A stretch of 64,000 nucleotides of DNA from Diplonema japonicum (lineage: Eukaryota > Protista > Euglenozoa: Diplonemea), in assembly GCA_964019335.1 (NCBI GenBank), contig OZ025709.1, positions 62,001 through 126,000 on the forward strand, written 5' to 3'. The notes beneath the pieces are model-generated. The model did no database searches, was not told the origin of the DNA, and was given only the letters and a program-made list of their open reading frames with translations. A program made the position numbers and the translations under genes. This document shows positions 1 through 11,914 of the stretch, piece after piece (position 1 is the stretch's first letter; every line of letters starts with the position of its first letter).

Positions 1-1574
1 AATATATCGTCTGATGTCATCCCGCTGTCAGATGTTTGCGGACTTTCTGTTGGTTGGCTCGGTTCCGGTTCGTCAGTTGAAGGTGCCGTTGTCGGCGGTG
101 ACATCGTCGCTGGTATGTCTGTGTTGTTGGGTGGGAACGATATCGCGAACGGCTCGCCCCACAGCAACGGGGTCATCCACTCCAACCGGTTGTTCTCATC
201 CTCGCCGACCTTGTGGAAGCACTGCCCGTGCTGCCCGTTGTTCTCCTCCCAACAGCAACCCACCCCAGCACAGGACGATCTTGTGAACGCCAGCCCCGCC
301 TCTTGTATGAGGTTGAGACAGTCCCGTCTGAGCTTTGCAGGGCACCTTCCTGTCGAGAAACATAAGTACGCCTCTTCAACAGGTTCGGAGGGAATGAACT
401 TAACCTGGTTTTTATACCCATCCCAGCCTTTGTCGAGGGTACCTCCTGCGTTGTCCAGACACGACGGTGAGCTGCTGATCCTGAAGGTGTACTTCGATGC
501 AGGGCTGACCTGCGTGATGGTGACTGCCAAGGTGTCCCCGACCCAGTACCCACCGTTGTGTGTCCCATTACGTGTGACGACAGGATATATGGAGGCTTGC
601 AGGAGGTCGGCGTAGTCGGTCGGGTTGGAGGAGTCTTGAAGTTCAAGCCCGCCGAATATGAACAAATTACCCTTCCCGTTCCCGGTCACGGCGGTGGAGC
701 ACCCTGCGTACCTTGCACGCGAAGCTTGGAGGCCTTCGACTCTGATGGAGTCCCATTCCTCCTGGTAGAGGTCGAAGATGAAGACGACCATTTGCGGGCC
801 GGGGTCCTCGTACCTGTTCCCGAATACCCACAAATAGGACCCAATGACGTAGGAGTCGGGGTACGGCATGTGCCCGAGCTGTGCAGGGATGTCGGGGGCG
901 GAGGCGTCCCACTTCGAACTGGGGTCCGCAAGGGACGTCATATCGTTGATCCAAACATCATTACGCTTCCCCCCTATCACATACAACTTGTCGGAAACGG
1001 CAACGGCAGCCTGCTGTATGGTGTAAGGGAGGTTCGGGCCTTTGAACCAGGTTTTTTTTGCAGGGTCGTATATACGAACGGTGTCGAGCTCACGACCGTC
1101 GCCGGCAACACCTCCGATCACGTAAACTAGGTCTTGAAAGAAGGCAACGGACGCTTTCGTCACTGTGGTTGACGAGTTGTCCACGATGGTCCACCTGCCG
1201 TCTTGCGGGTTGTACTCTTGAACCGCGACGTCGTTCTTCATCATGCCGCCTTCGGAGAACACGTAGATTAACTTGTCCTGGTACACTATCATGGTGTTGT
1301 CGCCTGTGACGCCATTCGGCATGTCTGAGAGTACTTCCCAGTTCATGTCGTCCAGCCCGAGTTTGTAAAATCTTCTGTCGGCGTCGGGCTCACCGCCTCC
1401 AACGTATACCATCCCTTTGGAGGATACGGAGCTACACCTTGCTACCGGGTTTGGGAGGCTGGAAGTACGCAGCCACTGTGACCACCATTGAGAGGGTTCG
1501 CCGCCTGTCGCTCCCTGCACACTCAGGATGCATAGTACGAAGTATGCCGCAAGGAGCTCACTACGGGGTTTCAT
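1..1574 (-). CDS. Secreted/surface Kelch-repeat protein with trefoil (P-type)-like domain and P/T/S-rich stalk (3' end runs off window)
   Basis: Not in ORF track (no stop in window). Manual translation from ATG 1574: MKPRSELLAAYFVLCILSVQG (signal peptide); Kelch blades (VYVGGG, VYVIGG..VRIYDPAKKTW, LYVIGG, LFIFGG); CPAKLRRDC..RSSCAGVGCCW..CFH at ~213-345; open to position 1. Confidence 0.8.
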   Translation of the reverse strand, partial: MKPRSELLAAYFVLCILSVQGATGGEPSQWWSQWLRTSSLPNPVARCSSVSSKGMVYVGGGEPDADRRFYKLGLDDMNWEVLSDMPNGVTGDNTMIVYQDKLIYVFSEGGMMKNDVAVQEYNPQDGRWTIVDNSSTTVTKASVAFFQDLVYVIGGVAGDGRELDTVRIYDPAKKTWFKGPNLPYTIQQAAVAVSDKLYVIGGKRNDVWINDMTSLADPSSKWDASAPDIPAQLGHMPYPDSYVIGSYLWVFGNRYEDPGPQMVVFIFDLYQEEWDSIRVEGLQASRARYAGCSTAVTGNGKGNLFIFGGLELQDSSNPTDYADLLQASIYPVVTRNGTHNGGYWVGDTLAVTITQVSPASKYTFRISSSPSCLDNAGGTLDKGWDGYKNQVKFIPSEPVEEAYLCFSTGRCPAKLRRDCLNLIQEAGLAFTRSSCAGVGCCWEENNGQHGQCFHKVGEDENNRLEWMTPLLWGEPFAISFPPNNTDIPATMSPPTTAPSTDEPEPSQPTESPQTSDSGMTSDDI

Positions 1575-2545
1575 CTCATTTTCTTCTTTTTATATTTTTT
1601 TTTTTATTTCTCCTTTTTTTTTTTTTTTTTTTTTTTTTCCCCATGGTGCGGAGAACGGGAAAAAAAAAAAAAAAAAAAAGGCGGACAATATCGCATATAA
1701 AAAAAAAAAGAAATAAACGGGGGGAAGGAAAGAGGGTGGTGGTAGTAATTGGGTGGGTGGGGGGTTTTTTTTCTGGTTAGGAAGTTGAGAAAATAAAAGG
1801 GGGGGTGAAGAGAGATATAAAGCAAACACGAAAAAAACGACAAAAGGGGGGAAAAAAAAGAAAAGGACAAAAAAAAAGATGTTAAGGGCAAATCCCACTT
1901 GCTAGGGGAGGGGGGTACAGTGCCTATCCTATATGCTCCCTTTTCTGGAGGCTCTCATTGTGGCGAAGATCGGTCCCCTTGCAAAAGCCTATTCGCGACC
2001 TTCCCTCAAACTGTAGTTTTACCCCCCCCCGCTTCCCACCCTAAAGAAAGAAAAAAAATAATAGCTATTTACTGCCAACAAGAATGACTTTACCGTTACC
2101 CCGAGGCAAAAGTAAAGTCATTACTTGGCGGTAGGTAAAAAGTAGTTTTATATCACAACACTCTGAAATTACTTCACCGCGAAAGGGTGTACAATGCAAG
2201 ACCATGTCTCTTTTTTTTTTTTTTTTTGGCCAACTGGGAACTGAACCTGGCCTATTTACCGGAAGCCCCTTATTGCTTCACGGAAAGCAGCCTATAAATT
2301 CACCGTGAAATAAATGAGCCCCCCCCCCCCCCCCCACCCCCCCCTGAACGCGTGAAGTAATTTTTAGTAGAGTGAAATAATAACAATAAAAAAGACACAG
2401 ATGTTTTATTTTCAGAGGAAAAAAAAAACCCCCCCCACTTACGGCAGATCAGAAAAAAAAAAAGAAATTGCGAGAAAAAAAAGTGAGTGTGTATTTCTTT
2501 TTTTTTTTGTGCGAACCAAATTCAAAAAAAAAACACCCCCTCCCC

Positions 2546-2593
2546 CTATGATTTCAGGGCGTTGAGGCGGCCTTCCAACAAATCCGTCTGGGT

Positions 2594-2658
<65 letters not shown>

Positions 2659-3316
2659 CCCCATACCTCTTCTGCGTCAATAATCGTCGCCTCTTCTTCC
2701 TTCTGTTGTTGGAGCCTTGTGAGGGGAGCGTTCGTCCCCTTCAGCGCGCCAGACATCACATCATCAATGATCTTGTTGACCTCTTCGTCAGCGTCATCAC
2801 TGTCCATGTCGTCACCCACAACGTTGTCCACCGCGTCATCTATCTGTTCCTGGATGATGCCGGCTTTCATCATTTCTCGTTGCATGTCCATCATAGTGCT
2901 GGACACCTCTTCTACGCGGACCAGCCGGTTCATGTCTTGAAGCATAGCCGAGGATGATTGCATTGCACCTGCCAGCTTCAAGGATGCGACTTGCCTGTCT
3001 AGCTCTTGCATGACAGAGTTCAGCCTGGCCTGTGCGGCGTAACACCGGCTGACTGCTTTTCTACTCTGAACCATCTCCCTTGCCAAAAGCCTTACCACTT
3101 CGTTTTCACCCTTCTTTGCAGCCATTTTTACCTCTGCTTGTGTTTTTTTCTCTGCGGTCTGTATATTCCGTATTTGTTTGTCAAGTTTCCGTTCTGAATT
3201 TTTTTTTTTTTTTTTTGTGAAAGCATACTTTCTGACCGAAGGTTGGATTTCCACTCCCTCTGCATCTCTTGCACCGTCTTCTTCTTCTGGCCGAACAGCT
3301 GGGCAAACATCGACAT
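2546..3316 (-). CDS. VPS24: ESCRT-III subunit Vps24/CHMP3 (Snf7 family), 3 exons, 218 aa
   Basis: GT-AG introns 3194-3228 and 2588-2666 give MSMFAQLFG..WKSNLRSEKRKLDKQIR..EMMKAGII..ADEEVNKI..LEGRLNALKS*. Confidence 0.88.
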
Positions 3317-3517
3317 TTACCCTTCCCTTTTTTTTTTTTGTTTTCCTTTGTTTTTTTTAGATTGAATCACGGGGAGAAGGATCACATGAACTGTTGTACA
3401 GTTTGCATATGTTCCCCGATTTTGTCATCAATTTTAAGACAAAAGAATGAAAAAAGGGAAAAAAAAAAAAATAAGAAGACTTAACTTTCTTTTCCTCCAT
3501 TATTATTATTATTATTT

Positions 3518-3886
3518 TTTTATTTCACTCTTCGTCATTTTCTTCACTCACTAGGGCCTCATAATTTAATGCGAAATCGCCATAATTTAACTAGTTAAAT
3601 TATGGGGCTTTAGAGTGAAAAAATGGGTCTTGTCGTGGAAAAAAATGTACCCAACCCCTTGAAAGATCTTTTTGGGGCGGGGGTATTTTGACTATTTTTG
3701 GCCATCTGAGGCCATTCCAGCCCTTAAAAGTGGGAATAAGTGCCTTACTTCCCCTTTAAATGCCACACGAAATAGCAACCCCATATTACCTTAGGAAAAT
3801 CCCCAAAAGGGCTGACCTGCGTGAAAAAAAACAGCAGTGAAAGCAGTGAAGAGTGAGTGACTCAAATGACGAAGAGTGAAATAAAA
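3518..3886. mobile_element. MITE-like element with 23-bp perfect terminal inverted repeats
   Basis: TTTTATTTCACTCTTCGTCATTT (3518-3540) vs AAATGACGAAGAGTGAAATAAAA (3864-3886); non-coding interior. Confidence 0.55.
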
Positions 3887-3892
3887 CGACTT

Positions 3893-3990
3893 ACTTGCCG
3901 CCAAATGAGTCATTATTTAACTCTCGCTACCCGTTTTTCGGGAACTCGAGTTAAATAATGACTCATAATTTGTTGGCAATAAATAGTTAT
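3893..3990. repeat. Short palindromic element, member of a dispersed family
   Basis: Perfect 19-bp IR ATGAGTCATTATTTAACTC (3905-3923)/GAGTTAAATAATGACTCAT (3948-3966); related sequences at ~2060-2135, ~6081-6131, ~17105-17153. Confidence 0.65.
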
Positions 3991-4074
3991 TTTTTTTTTT
4001 CACGGGTGTCAAATATTTCCCGAGAAAAAAAAAGAGAAAAAAAAAAAAAAAAAAGGGTCGGTGTGCGCCCAAAG

Positions 4075-4105
<31 letters not shown>

Positions 4106-4226
4106 GAGAACACAAAAAAACCAAAAAAAAAATCCCCCTCTTAAACACTACATCGAAACCTTGAAAAAAAAAAAAAAAAAAAACACTCTTAAGGGGGGTG
4201 AACTCATTTTTTTTTTCTTTTCAAGC

Positions 4227-4632
4227 TTATGTACAGTCAACTACCTTAAGCCACTCACCGTGGTAAAGCTGGGAGTACTGGGAGCCCCCGTCCTGGTTGG
4301 TAGCACAGATGTCGTCTTGCAGCAGAATATTGAGGTTTCGCTCCTTTTTTTTTTTTTTTTTTTTCTTTTTTTTTCTCCTCCCAACACCATACCTTGTCGT
4401 GCAGAATCACTTGGTTTCCCTGCTTCAACTGTAGGGTGAAGTAGGCAGATTCCCTACCAGACTCATCAAATTCGATCCACTGCTTTGAATCAGGAGGGGT
4501 GTTTACAAACTTCCCCTTAGCATGCTTCCAGACCTCATTCTTCAGCCTCATGTTACACCGCTTCCCGTCCACCGTCACAGCCAACCCGAGCACCATGCAG
4601 AGCACAGCGAAAAACACAAGACCCGCCTTCAT
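4227..4632 (-). CDS. Small secreted hypothetical protein, 2 exons, 118 aa
   Basis: Signal peptide MKAGLVFFAVLCMVLGLAVTVDG; intron 4344-4392 (GTATG..A-tract..AG) gives ..VILHDK|ERNLNILLQDDICAT..LYHGEWLKVVDCT*. Confidence 0.75.
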
Positions 4633-4643
4633 ATTTCCCCCTC

Positions 4644-4679
<36 letters not shown>

Positions 4680-4811
4680 CAATGTGTCTGGGGGGGAAAA
4701 ATATGTATAATATCCCGAGGGGGAAAAAAAAAAGAAAAAAAAAGGTGATGTGATAACAAAAAAAAAGGGGGGGGATGGGGAAATACTCCAATTTTTTTTC
4801 TTTTTTTTTTT

Positions 4812-5462
4812 TTACTCCATGTCCATCATGGATACCTTTTCATTTGGTTTTTTTGCTGTTTCCTCTGTCTTTTCAGCCGAAGAAGAAGAAGTAGAAGGGA
4901 TGGAAGTCGAGACGGGTTTCTTCGGGGACTGGTTCTGCGGGGGTGCGTCCATGTCCTTGAGGTCGCCAGGGTTGATTTTTGATTCGTGCTTTTTGAGCTC
5001 AGCCTCGACATCGGGGTCTTTCAGGAGGAGAACATCCTCTACCTCTGTGTTCTTGCGGTCCCACGCTTCGTCAATTGGCTTCCTGTCGAACTTGTTACGG
5101 GCTGTGATGTTGTAGCCCGCGATGAGAAGGGCTTTAACAATCTCTTTTGAGCCGTTGATTGCCGCGAAGTGAAGGGGTGTGTTGCCTTCTTCGTTGGTGG
5201 CGTCTAGCTTAGGTTTCACTTCCCTCTCCAACAGCATTTTCACCACCTTGGCGTGACCATTGGCGCATGCCATGTGGAGGGCAGTCCTGCCCTGCCCGTC
5301 TGTCCCATCCACCAGCTCCCCCTTGTAGCTCAATATCTTACCGATCAGTTCGATATCCTCGTCTTCACCATATCTAGCTGCTTCTACTAGCTCTGCTGTC
5401 AAGTCTTTATCGCTGTAATCCGCGAGGTTGACTTCTTGCTGAGGGGGTTCGCCGCCTGACAT
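4812..5462 (-). CDS. Ankyrin-repeat protein (Yar1-like)
   Basis: AARYG..GRTALHMACANGH..GNTPLHFAAING; ATG follows an A run at 5462. Confidence 0.85.
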   Translation of the reverse strand: MSGGEPPQQEVNLADYSDKDLTAELVEAARYGEDEDIELIGKILSYKGELVDGTDGQGRTALHMACANGHAKVVKMLLEREVKPKLDATNEEGNTPLHFAAINGSKEIVKALLIAGYNITARNKFDRKPIDEAWDRKNTEVEDVLLLKDPDVEAELKKHESKINPGDLKDMDAPPQNQSPKKPVSTSIPSTSSSSAEKTEETAKKPNEKVSMMDME

Positions 5463-6882
5463 TTTTTTTTTTTTTTTTTTTTTTTTTTGTGCTGTGGGAG
5501 GAACAACGATTTCTTTTTTTTTGAGAAAAAAAAAAAGAGTATAAAAGTTTGTGGGGAAGGGAGGGTAAGCTGGGCAGACTATTGGATGAAAAAAAATGGT
5601 GGGGGACGGGGGAGGGAGGGGGGAGAACATTTTTTTTTTTTGGACACATAAAGATTTCTTTTTTAAAAAAAGTATTAAAAAATAAAAAACTCAACCTCAT
5701 TGGTTGAGCAAATGTTCAATTTCTTTTTTTTCTTTTCCGCCCCCCCCCCCTTTTTTTCCTCCCATTTTACTTTTTTTTTTTACTAACGATGATTACTGAG
5801 CATTAAGAAAAAAAAGGTAGGGGGGGCCCTAAAAAATTATAAGGGTAAAATCTACGGAAGGGAAGGGGGAAACAAATGAACAGGAGAAAAAGAAATTGCA
5901 GAAACTCCAATTTTCTGATCTTTTTCTTGTGGCACTTCTAGGGGGGGGGGGGGGGAAGAGACAAAAAAAGCTTTAACTTAATGCGGGACACTAAAAGAAA
6001 GAAATTTCGCAGACGCAGTTGAGACCTCACGTCTTAGACTGTGCGTGTCCTCTTAACTGTAAAAAAAAAAAGAGAAAAAAAAGCTATTTATTACTAACAA
6101 AGAGATGAGACATTCTTTAACCCGAGCTACCGAACCCTATTGCACGAGGGCCACCAAAAATGGAAATAATTCTTTTTAAGACTTATGTCTTTTTTGTTGT
6201 TTCGCACGCGGAAAAAAAAAAAAAAAAAAAAAAAATGACGGTTCATTTTTTTTTATTTTATTTTATTTTATTTTGGTTCGGAAAAAAAAGAAGCTTCTCA
6301 TTCATTTTCTTTTTGAATATCACTTTTACTGTCTTTCGTCACCATATTGCACCGAGTTCCGAAAAAGAAAAGAAAATCAAGTCTTTTTTTTTTTTTCTTT
6401 TTTCTTTTTCTTTTTTTCCAGTTTGATGATGAGAGTAAAAGAAGGTAAAAAAGAAAGAGGCAACCCTTTCCTTTCTTTTATTTCTTCCCCCCCCTATTCC
6501 CCTTCGGTTTTCCTGTGCACATTAGGTGGTAAAGTAAAATAATTATTTGCAAATTACCAGCATTTCTTTTTCTTTTTTCTTTTTTTTGGACAAAGAGTGG
6601 GGAGGGGGCACATTACAACTAAGAATACCCTCAGTTTCCCCATATTTTTTTTTTCTTCCTTTTTTTTTTCCCCCGCTTTCTTTCGGACAAAAAAAAAAAA
6701 AAAAAAAGAGGGGAAAATATATGAGATGATAAAGGTGTCCCTCTGATGGGGAGTTTGGGTAAAACCCTTTTTTCCCCCCCCTCCAATAAAAAAAAAAAGG
6801 CGGTGGGAGATGGACAGAACGGAACAAAACCAAACACTGTTTTCTCCCCCCTTCTCCCCTCTTCTATTTCAGCTTTACACTT

Positions 6883-7833
6883 CTAATGTTTGAATGGCCT
6901 CGATTTTCCGGGGGCAGAAGGGACGGATCTGAAGTGCGGGTTGTTAGCCTGCGCGAACGATATCCCAGGGGCAGAAGCAGTCGGCGTCCGCCTGCCAGAG
7001 GGTTTAGTGCATTTAGGTGAAGTTGTAGAGAATGAAGGAGTTGCTATCTTATGGGTTGGAGCGATAGTTGTTGTACTCGTTGCAACCCGGCGAAGGGACT
7101 GCGGACGCTGATGCCGGCTAACCGAACGTGCAGAAGACTTCTTACGGGACGCCTTCGGCTGCGACGCAGCGCGTGAACGGGGCCCAGGTGCTGCTGCAGC
7201 TGCTGCCCTGGCACCATCCATCACACTTGTCGAGCATCCTTTACACACTTGCTCTCTCCTTACCCTTGCCCAGATGCTGGTGTCAGCCCTGATCATAATG
7301 GGTATTGTCGTCTCCTCCAACTCAAGCTTTCTCATCATTCTGTTAAAGGTATCCCTCGACGTGACCGGCCGTCCCGCCACTGCAACTAGAAACATCCCCG
7401 GTCTCAGCCAGGACCTCCATGCAGGGCCGCCTTGTGCCACCGTACCTACTTTGTTCCAATCCGTGCCTTCGCCTTCCACAGTGAAGCCGAACCCTTCCCC
7501 ATCTCCCCTTTCTAAAAGTAGAAGATGGAGCAGGGACTCAGGGGTTCTCCTGCCTAACACTGGAGGTGGGCTGACCGGCGACCCGGACCTAGACCTCCCG
7601 CCTGACAAGATCCCCATTGGGGCCGCAATGGCGGCGTTCCCGTCCCCTACACGGATAACCATGCATGTGCAGTTGTCCGTGCTCCCTGCTGTCAGTGCCT
7701 TTTTTGTTTTGTTGTTTTGTTTGTTTTTTGTTGTTGCGTACCTCGTCGCAGACAGCACGCGCTGCATCCCCTACACCGCCCGTCTTCAGGGCGTTCAGCA
7801 CGATACTCATAACCTGGTCATCCTCGAAACCAG

Positions 7834-7872
<39 letters not shown>

Positions 7873-8672
7873 AATTTTTTCTTCTTATTCCACTCACACA
7901 CCTCGAACACCCCATCACACCCTATCACGATGAGGTCGCCGTCACGCAGCTTGGTCTCGCGTATGGACGGCATGGCGATGACCTTGTGCTGCTTGGGGTC
8001 AGACGAGTTCTTGTAATACGCGTCACCGAAGGCCCTGCTGACCCCGAGCTTCCCATCGACCCTTCCGCGTGAGACCCAACCGCCTGCCGCATTGATGCGC
8101 GCCTTCTCGTCAGGGTGGTCCGCCTTGTGGTCTGTGGTCATGGGTTCTGTCCGCGAGGACTTGTGGATCAAGATTCTGGAGTCGCCGACCCATGCTACCT
8201 TCATGTGGTAGTCGCTGGAGGAGAGGGCGGTCAGGATGCAGAAGGCACCTGTGGAGCCTGAGGCATCGGTGACGCCTCCTGTCTCCCCGCCGTAGAGGTT
8301 CAGGAAGTCTTGATCGATGTCGAAGCAGAGGGTTTCTAGGTCGCCGTCTGTTGTAGGCGGCTTTGCTTTTATTTTTTTTGTGAAGTTCTGCGACACGTAC
8401 CCCGAGCACCCCTTGCCGCCGTGCCCGTCGAATACGCCGAAGAACCAACCCGTCTCGTTGAACCTGTCCATTGCGTAGGCATCCTCCATGCTGTCCCTCT
8501 CCCCTTGGGACTCTGCTATCGCTGCTGTCATTTTGTTGTTCATTTCCTCTTGTACAGTAGCCTTGTCCCACACCCTTTCGTGCTTGGTGTGAAACCCATC
8601 GTACTCCAGCTCCCCGTCTTCATTCAGCATCGGTAGCTGCCCCCCAAAGTTCATCCCTGCGTCCATGTTCAT
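6883..8672 (-). CDS. PP2C/PPM phosphatase with C-terminal PDZ-like domain, 3 exons, 559 aa
   Basis: QGERDSMEDA, FGVFDGHGG, VGDSR, VSRAFGD, GCDGVFE, GSTDN motifs; introns 7835-7901 and 7699-7741 restore frame; GFGF..GGPAWRSWLRPGMFLVAVAG is PDZ-like. Confidence 0.87.
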
Positions 8673-10128
8673 TGTGGACTCACTCCCCCCCACCCCCCCT
8701 CCTCTCTCTCCGCTTCCCCACCTGTGGAGGTTTTGTTTTTGTTTGAAAAAAAAAGAATTTAAGGAAGGGAGAGAGAGAGGGAGAGCGGGGGATTTTATTA
8801 TGAAGTGTAAGTGAGGAAGGATTTTTGGGGAAGGAAAATAATATAAATAAAAAAAGGGGAGGGGGGAGGGAAGAAAAAAAAAAAGAGAGAAAAACGCCAT
8901 TTCTATAATAAGAATGATTCAGAAGGAAAAAGAAAAAAAAAAAGAAATAATAAATAAAAAGAATTATTTAGCTTTCTGCGTGACTTTACCCGAAATTACC
9001 TGAAAAGCGTACTTTTGTGGGGTCGTGTAGCATGTGACAAAGCGGCAACTCTTGCAATGGAACAAGAGACGGGCTTAAGAACGAGAGTTTCCCTTTCGCT
9101 TGTGTCTCCAAACCTCAATAACAGGCACGACGAAAAAAGGGATGCAAAGGGGGGTGGGACGAAAAAGCAAGAAAAAAAAAGGATAGGATATGAGGATGTG
9201 AGGAAGGAAAGCAATTGCGAAGAAAGAAAAAAAGAAAGAGGAACTACTTTTGAACTTAGAAATCTTCCGAGGATTTTCCGTTGCAAAGAGGGTCATTTGT
9301 TGACAATTTTATTCCGGACAGACTCACATATAGAGTAAAGATAGCCAGCCATATGTGTTCTTTTTTTTTTTTTTTTTTTTTTCCCCTTTTCTTTTCTTCT
9401 TTTTCATTCTCACTCTGTTAATGAAAGAATTATATTTCCTTCTCTTTTTTCCAAATCTGATTCATTTATTATTGTCAGAACAGAGAGAGAGAGAGAGAGG
9501 GGGGGGGGGGGGGGGGACAGGAAGAAACAAAACATTTTTTTTACCTACAATTTGTACGAGATTTCTGCCATCTCCTTCTCCCTGGGGAAAAAAAAAAATA
9601 AAAAGATTCAGATCTGCCGTCTCCGCTGGTCCCATAATGGTACAAAAAAAAAAAAGTACTTACTTATATCCTTGAGGTAAGAGCCCGAAGCCGTTTGATC
9701 CACTATAAAAAAAAATTAAAAAAAAGGAGAACAACCAACAAAAGGTGGCCTATCTGAAGGTTTTTTCTTCTTCTTCTTCTCCTTTCTCAACAAAAATAGG
9801 AAAAAGGAAATCTTTTTTTGCGCTTCCATTACTTTTTTTTTTGAAACAGAGCAGAAGAAAAGAAGAAGAAGTCAAGTAAAACACAAGCCAGAAGGGAGAG
9901 GAGAACGGAAAAAGGAAAAGTGTTAAAAAAAAAGCCAGAAAAAAAGGGGGGGTGAAAGGAAGGAACCCCCACCCTGACCAAAAAACCAAAAAAAAAAAAA
10001 AGAGACATTTAATAAAAAAATAAACTCATATTTTCTTTTTTTCTTTTCGAAAAAAAAAATCCAACAGCTTTTTATTTTTTAATTATTTTCTTCCCCCCTT
10101 TTTTTTTTGCTCGGAAAAGCGCGTGGCG

Positions 10129-10162
<34 letters not shown>

Positions 10163-10256
10163 TGCTAGCCAAACTCCATCAAACGCATGTATGCAACAAC
10201 AACAACAACATAAAAAAAATTCAAGACAGAGTGTCTTGGGACTTTTTACTCCTCCC

Positions 10257-11780
10257 TCAACAGCAAACGGGTTCCTGATTTGAAGGAACAGGGGAGTTCG
10301 CGCGGATATAATCATCGAGCTCAGCCTCGTTCCAATCCTGCACAAGGAGGGGCCCGCTGCTTCTCCGAGCTCTCCCCAAACCCGAGTTTGCAGGCTTCGC
10401 TCTAATAAGCCTCGGATCCCTGTTCTGGTCTATCAGCGTTGCCTCGTAATCACCCCCCATAACTAACGTAAAGGGCCCTGCTGAACTTTCAAAAAATCGA
10501 TGAAGTTTACCACCATCACCATTGTCTTGAATCCTAATGCACTTCTCTTCAGAATCATACGTTAGATCTAATGTCATCGGCTCCACAGGATGTCCCTTAC
10601 GGACACGCACTTCCCTCACAAACTCGTGCCTGAGAATATCCTGGCAGGTGATTCTTGTGGAGGGCTCGCGAACCAGCATTTCCCGCAACAATCCGTTGAA
10701 ATCCTGGTTTTCATGATCCAGAACAATCTCCTGCCCACGGATGGCCGTCGACAGCTCAGAAGATGAATCCCATGGAAGTACGCCGAAACCCATTTGGTAC
10801 ATTGTAACACCAAACGCCCAAATATCAGCAGGCTCACCATCCATGCACGCTGACTTAAATGCCTCTGGAGGGATGTACGGCGGGGTACCTATGCACCCCC
10901 ATACTCTCATTGACTCCGATTCTTCAGGAATCTTTGCCGACACACCGAAATCTGCGAGTTTTACGTTTCCGTTTTTGTCAAGAAGGATGTTTTGCGGTTT
11001 TATGTCGCGGTGTATAATTCCTTGGTCGTGGAGGTAGTCCAGACCAGACGCCACTGCGACCACGTACCTCTTCAAGGTGGTTGTTTTTACAGGTGGTTCT
11101 CCCGGTGTGAAGATCTGTCCATTGGGCATGTGCTCCATGACAATCATGACCTCTTGGTCTGAGACCATATGGCCGTAGATTTGAATGATGTTGGGGTGTG
11201 ACAATTCCTTCATTCTGTTTATCTCGTCGAAAACAGGTTTCATAGGATCGGCTCGTCTTCTGTACCTGTTCGGCATGGACTCGGTCAGAGCGGATTTTGT
11301 GAGGCATTTCACCGCGTACAGCATATCTGTCTCTTCGTGTCTTGCAAGCCTTACCTTTCCGAAGGCTCCTGCGCCGAGGTTTCCCACCATCGTGTACTCG
11401 TTTGCTACATAGTCGCCGTTTTCGGTTTTGCCTTTGATGAGTTTTTGTGCGGCTTCAAAGCATTTTACGAAGTGGGGGTTTGTGGGGAGGCCGATGCAGC
11501 CGTTGCATTTGAAGCCTTTTGCGCGTTGTTCGCCGGGTTGGTCTTCCCTTCCACATACCACGCAGCCGCGTACTGTGATGGTTTTGGTGCGTGTTTCCCT
11601 CCATCCTGAGAGCTGCAGGGGCCCCATCCCCGGCGACGACGTCGTGCTGCCCCTCCTCCCCGAGGAGCTGCTCCCCGACGACGAGCTGAAGCTTCGCAGC
11701 GATATCTCCGCCTCCTCACGCGCCTTTCGCTCCGCGGCGAGCATTGTCTTCAACTCTTCGATTTCCTCCTCGGGCGTCAT
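10257..11780 (-). CDS. Ser/Thr protein kinase (CAMKK-like) with N-terminal CxxC..CxxC element
   Basis: LGAGAFGKV, YAVK, HRDIKPQN, ADFG, GTPPYIPPE, DIWAFG. Confidence 0.9.
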   Translation of the reverse strand: MTPEEEIEELKTMLAAERKAREEAEISLRSFSSSSGSSSSGRRGSTTSSPGMGPLQLSGWRETRTKTITVRGCVVCGREDQPGEQRAKGFKCNGCIGLPTNPHFVKCFEAAQKLIKGKTENGDYVANEYTMVGNLGAGAFGKVRLARHEETDMLYAVKCLTKSALTESMPNRYRRRADPMKPVFDEINRMKELSHPNIIQIYGHMVSDQEVMIVMEHMPNGQIFTPGEPPVKTTTLKRYVVAVASGLDYLHDQGIIHRDIKPQNILLDKNGNVKLADFGVSAKIPEESESMRVWGCIGTPPYIPPEAFKSACMDGEPADIWAFGVTMYQMGFGVLPWDSSSELSTAIRGQEIVLDHENQDFNGLLREMLVREPSTRITCQDILRHEFVREVRVRKGHPVEPMTLDLTYDSEEKCIRIQDNGDGGKLHRFFESSAGPFTLVMGGDYEATLIDQNRDPRLIRAKPANSGLGRARRSSGPLLVQDWNEAELDDYIRANSPVPSNQEPVCC

Positions 11781-11914
11781 TCTTGGCTTTTTTTTTTTTT
11801 TTTTTTTTTTCTTCCTTTTTGAAAAAAGTTTTCTTTTTTGTTGGCGGGAAAAAAAAGAAGGGGGAAAAAAAAAAAAAGAGCGTCTTGAATAAGACGTTTT
11901 TTGTCTTTTTTTTT

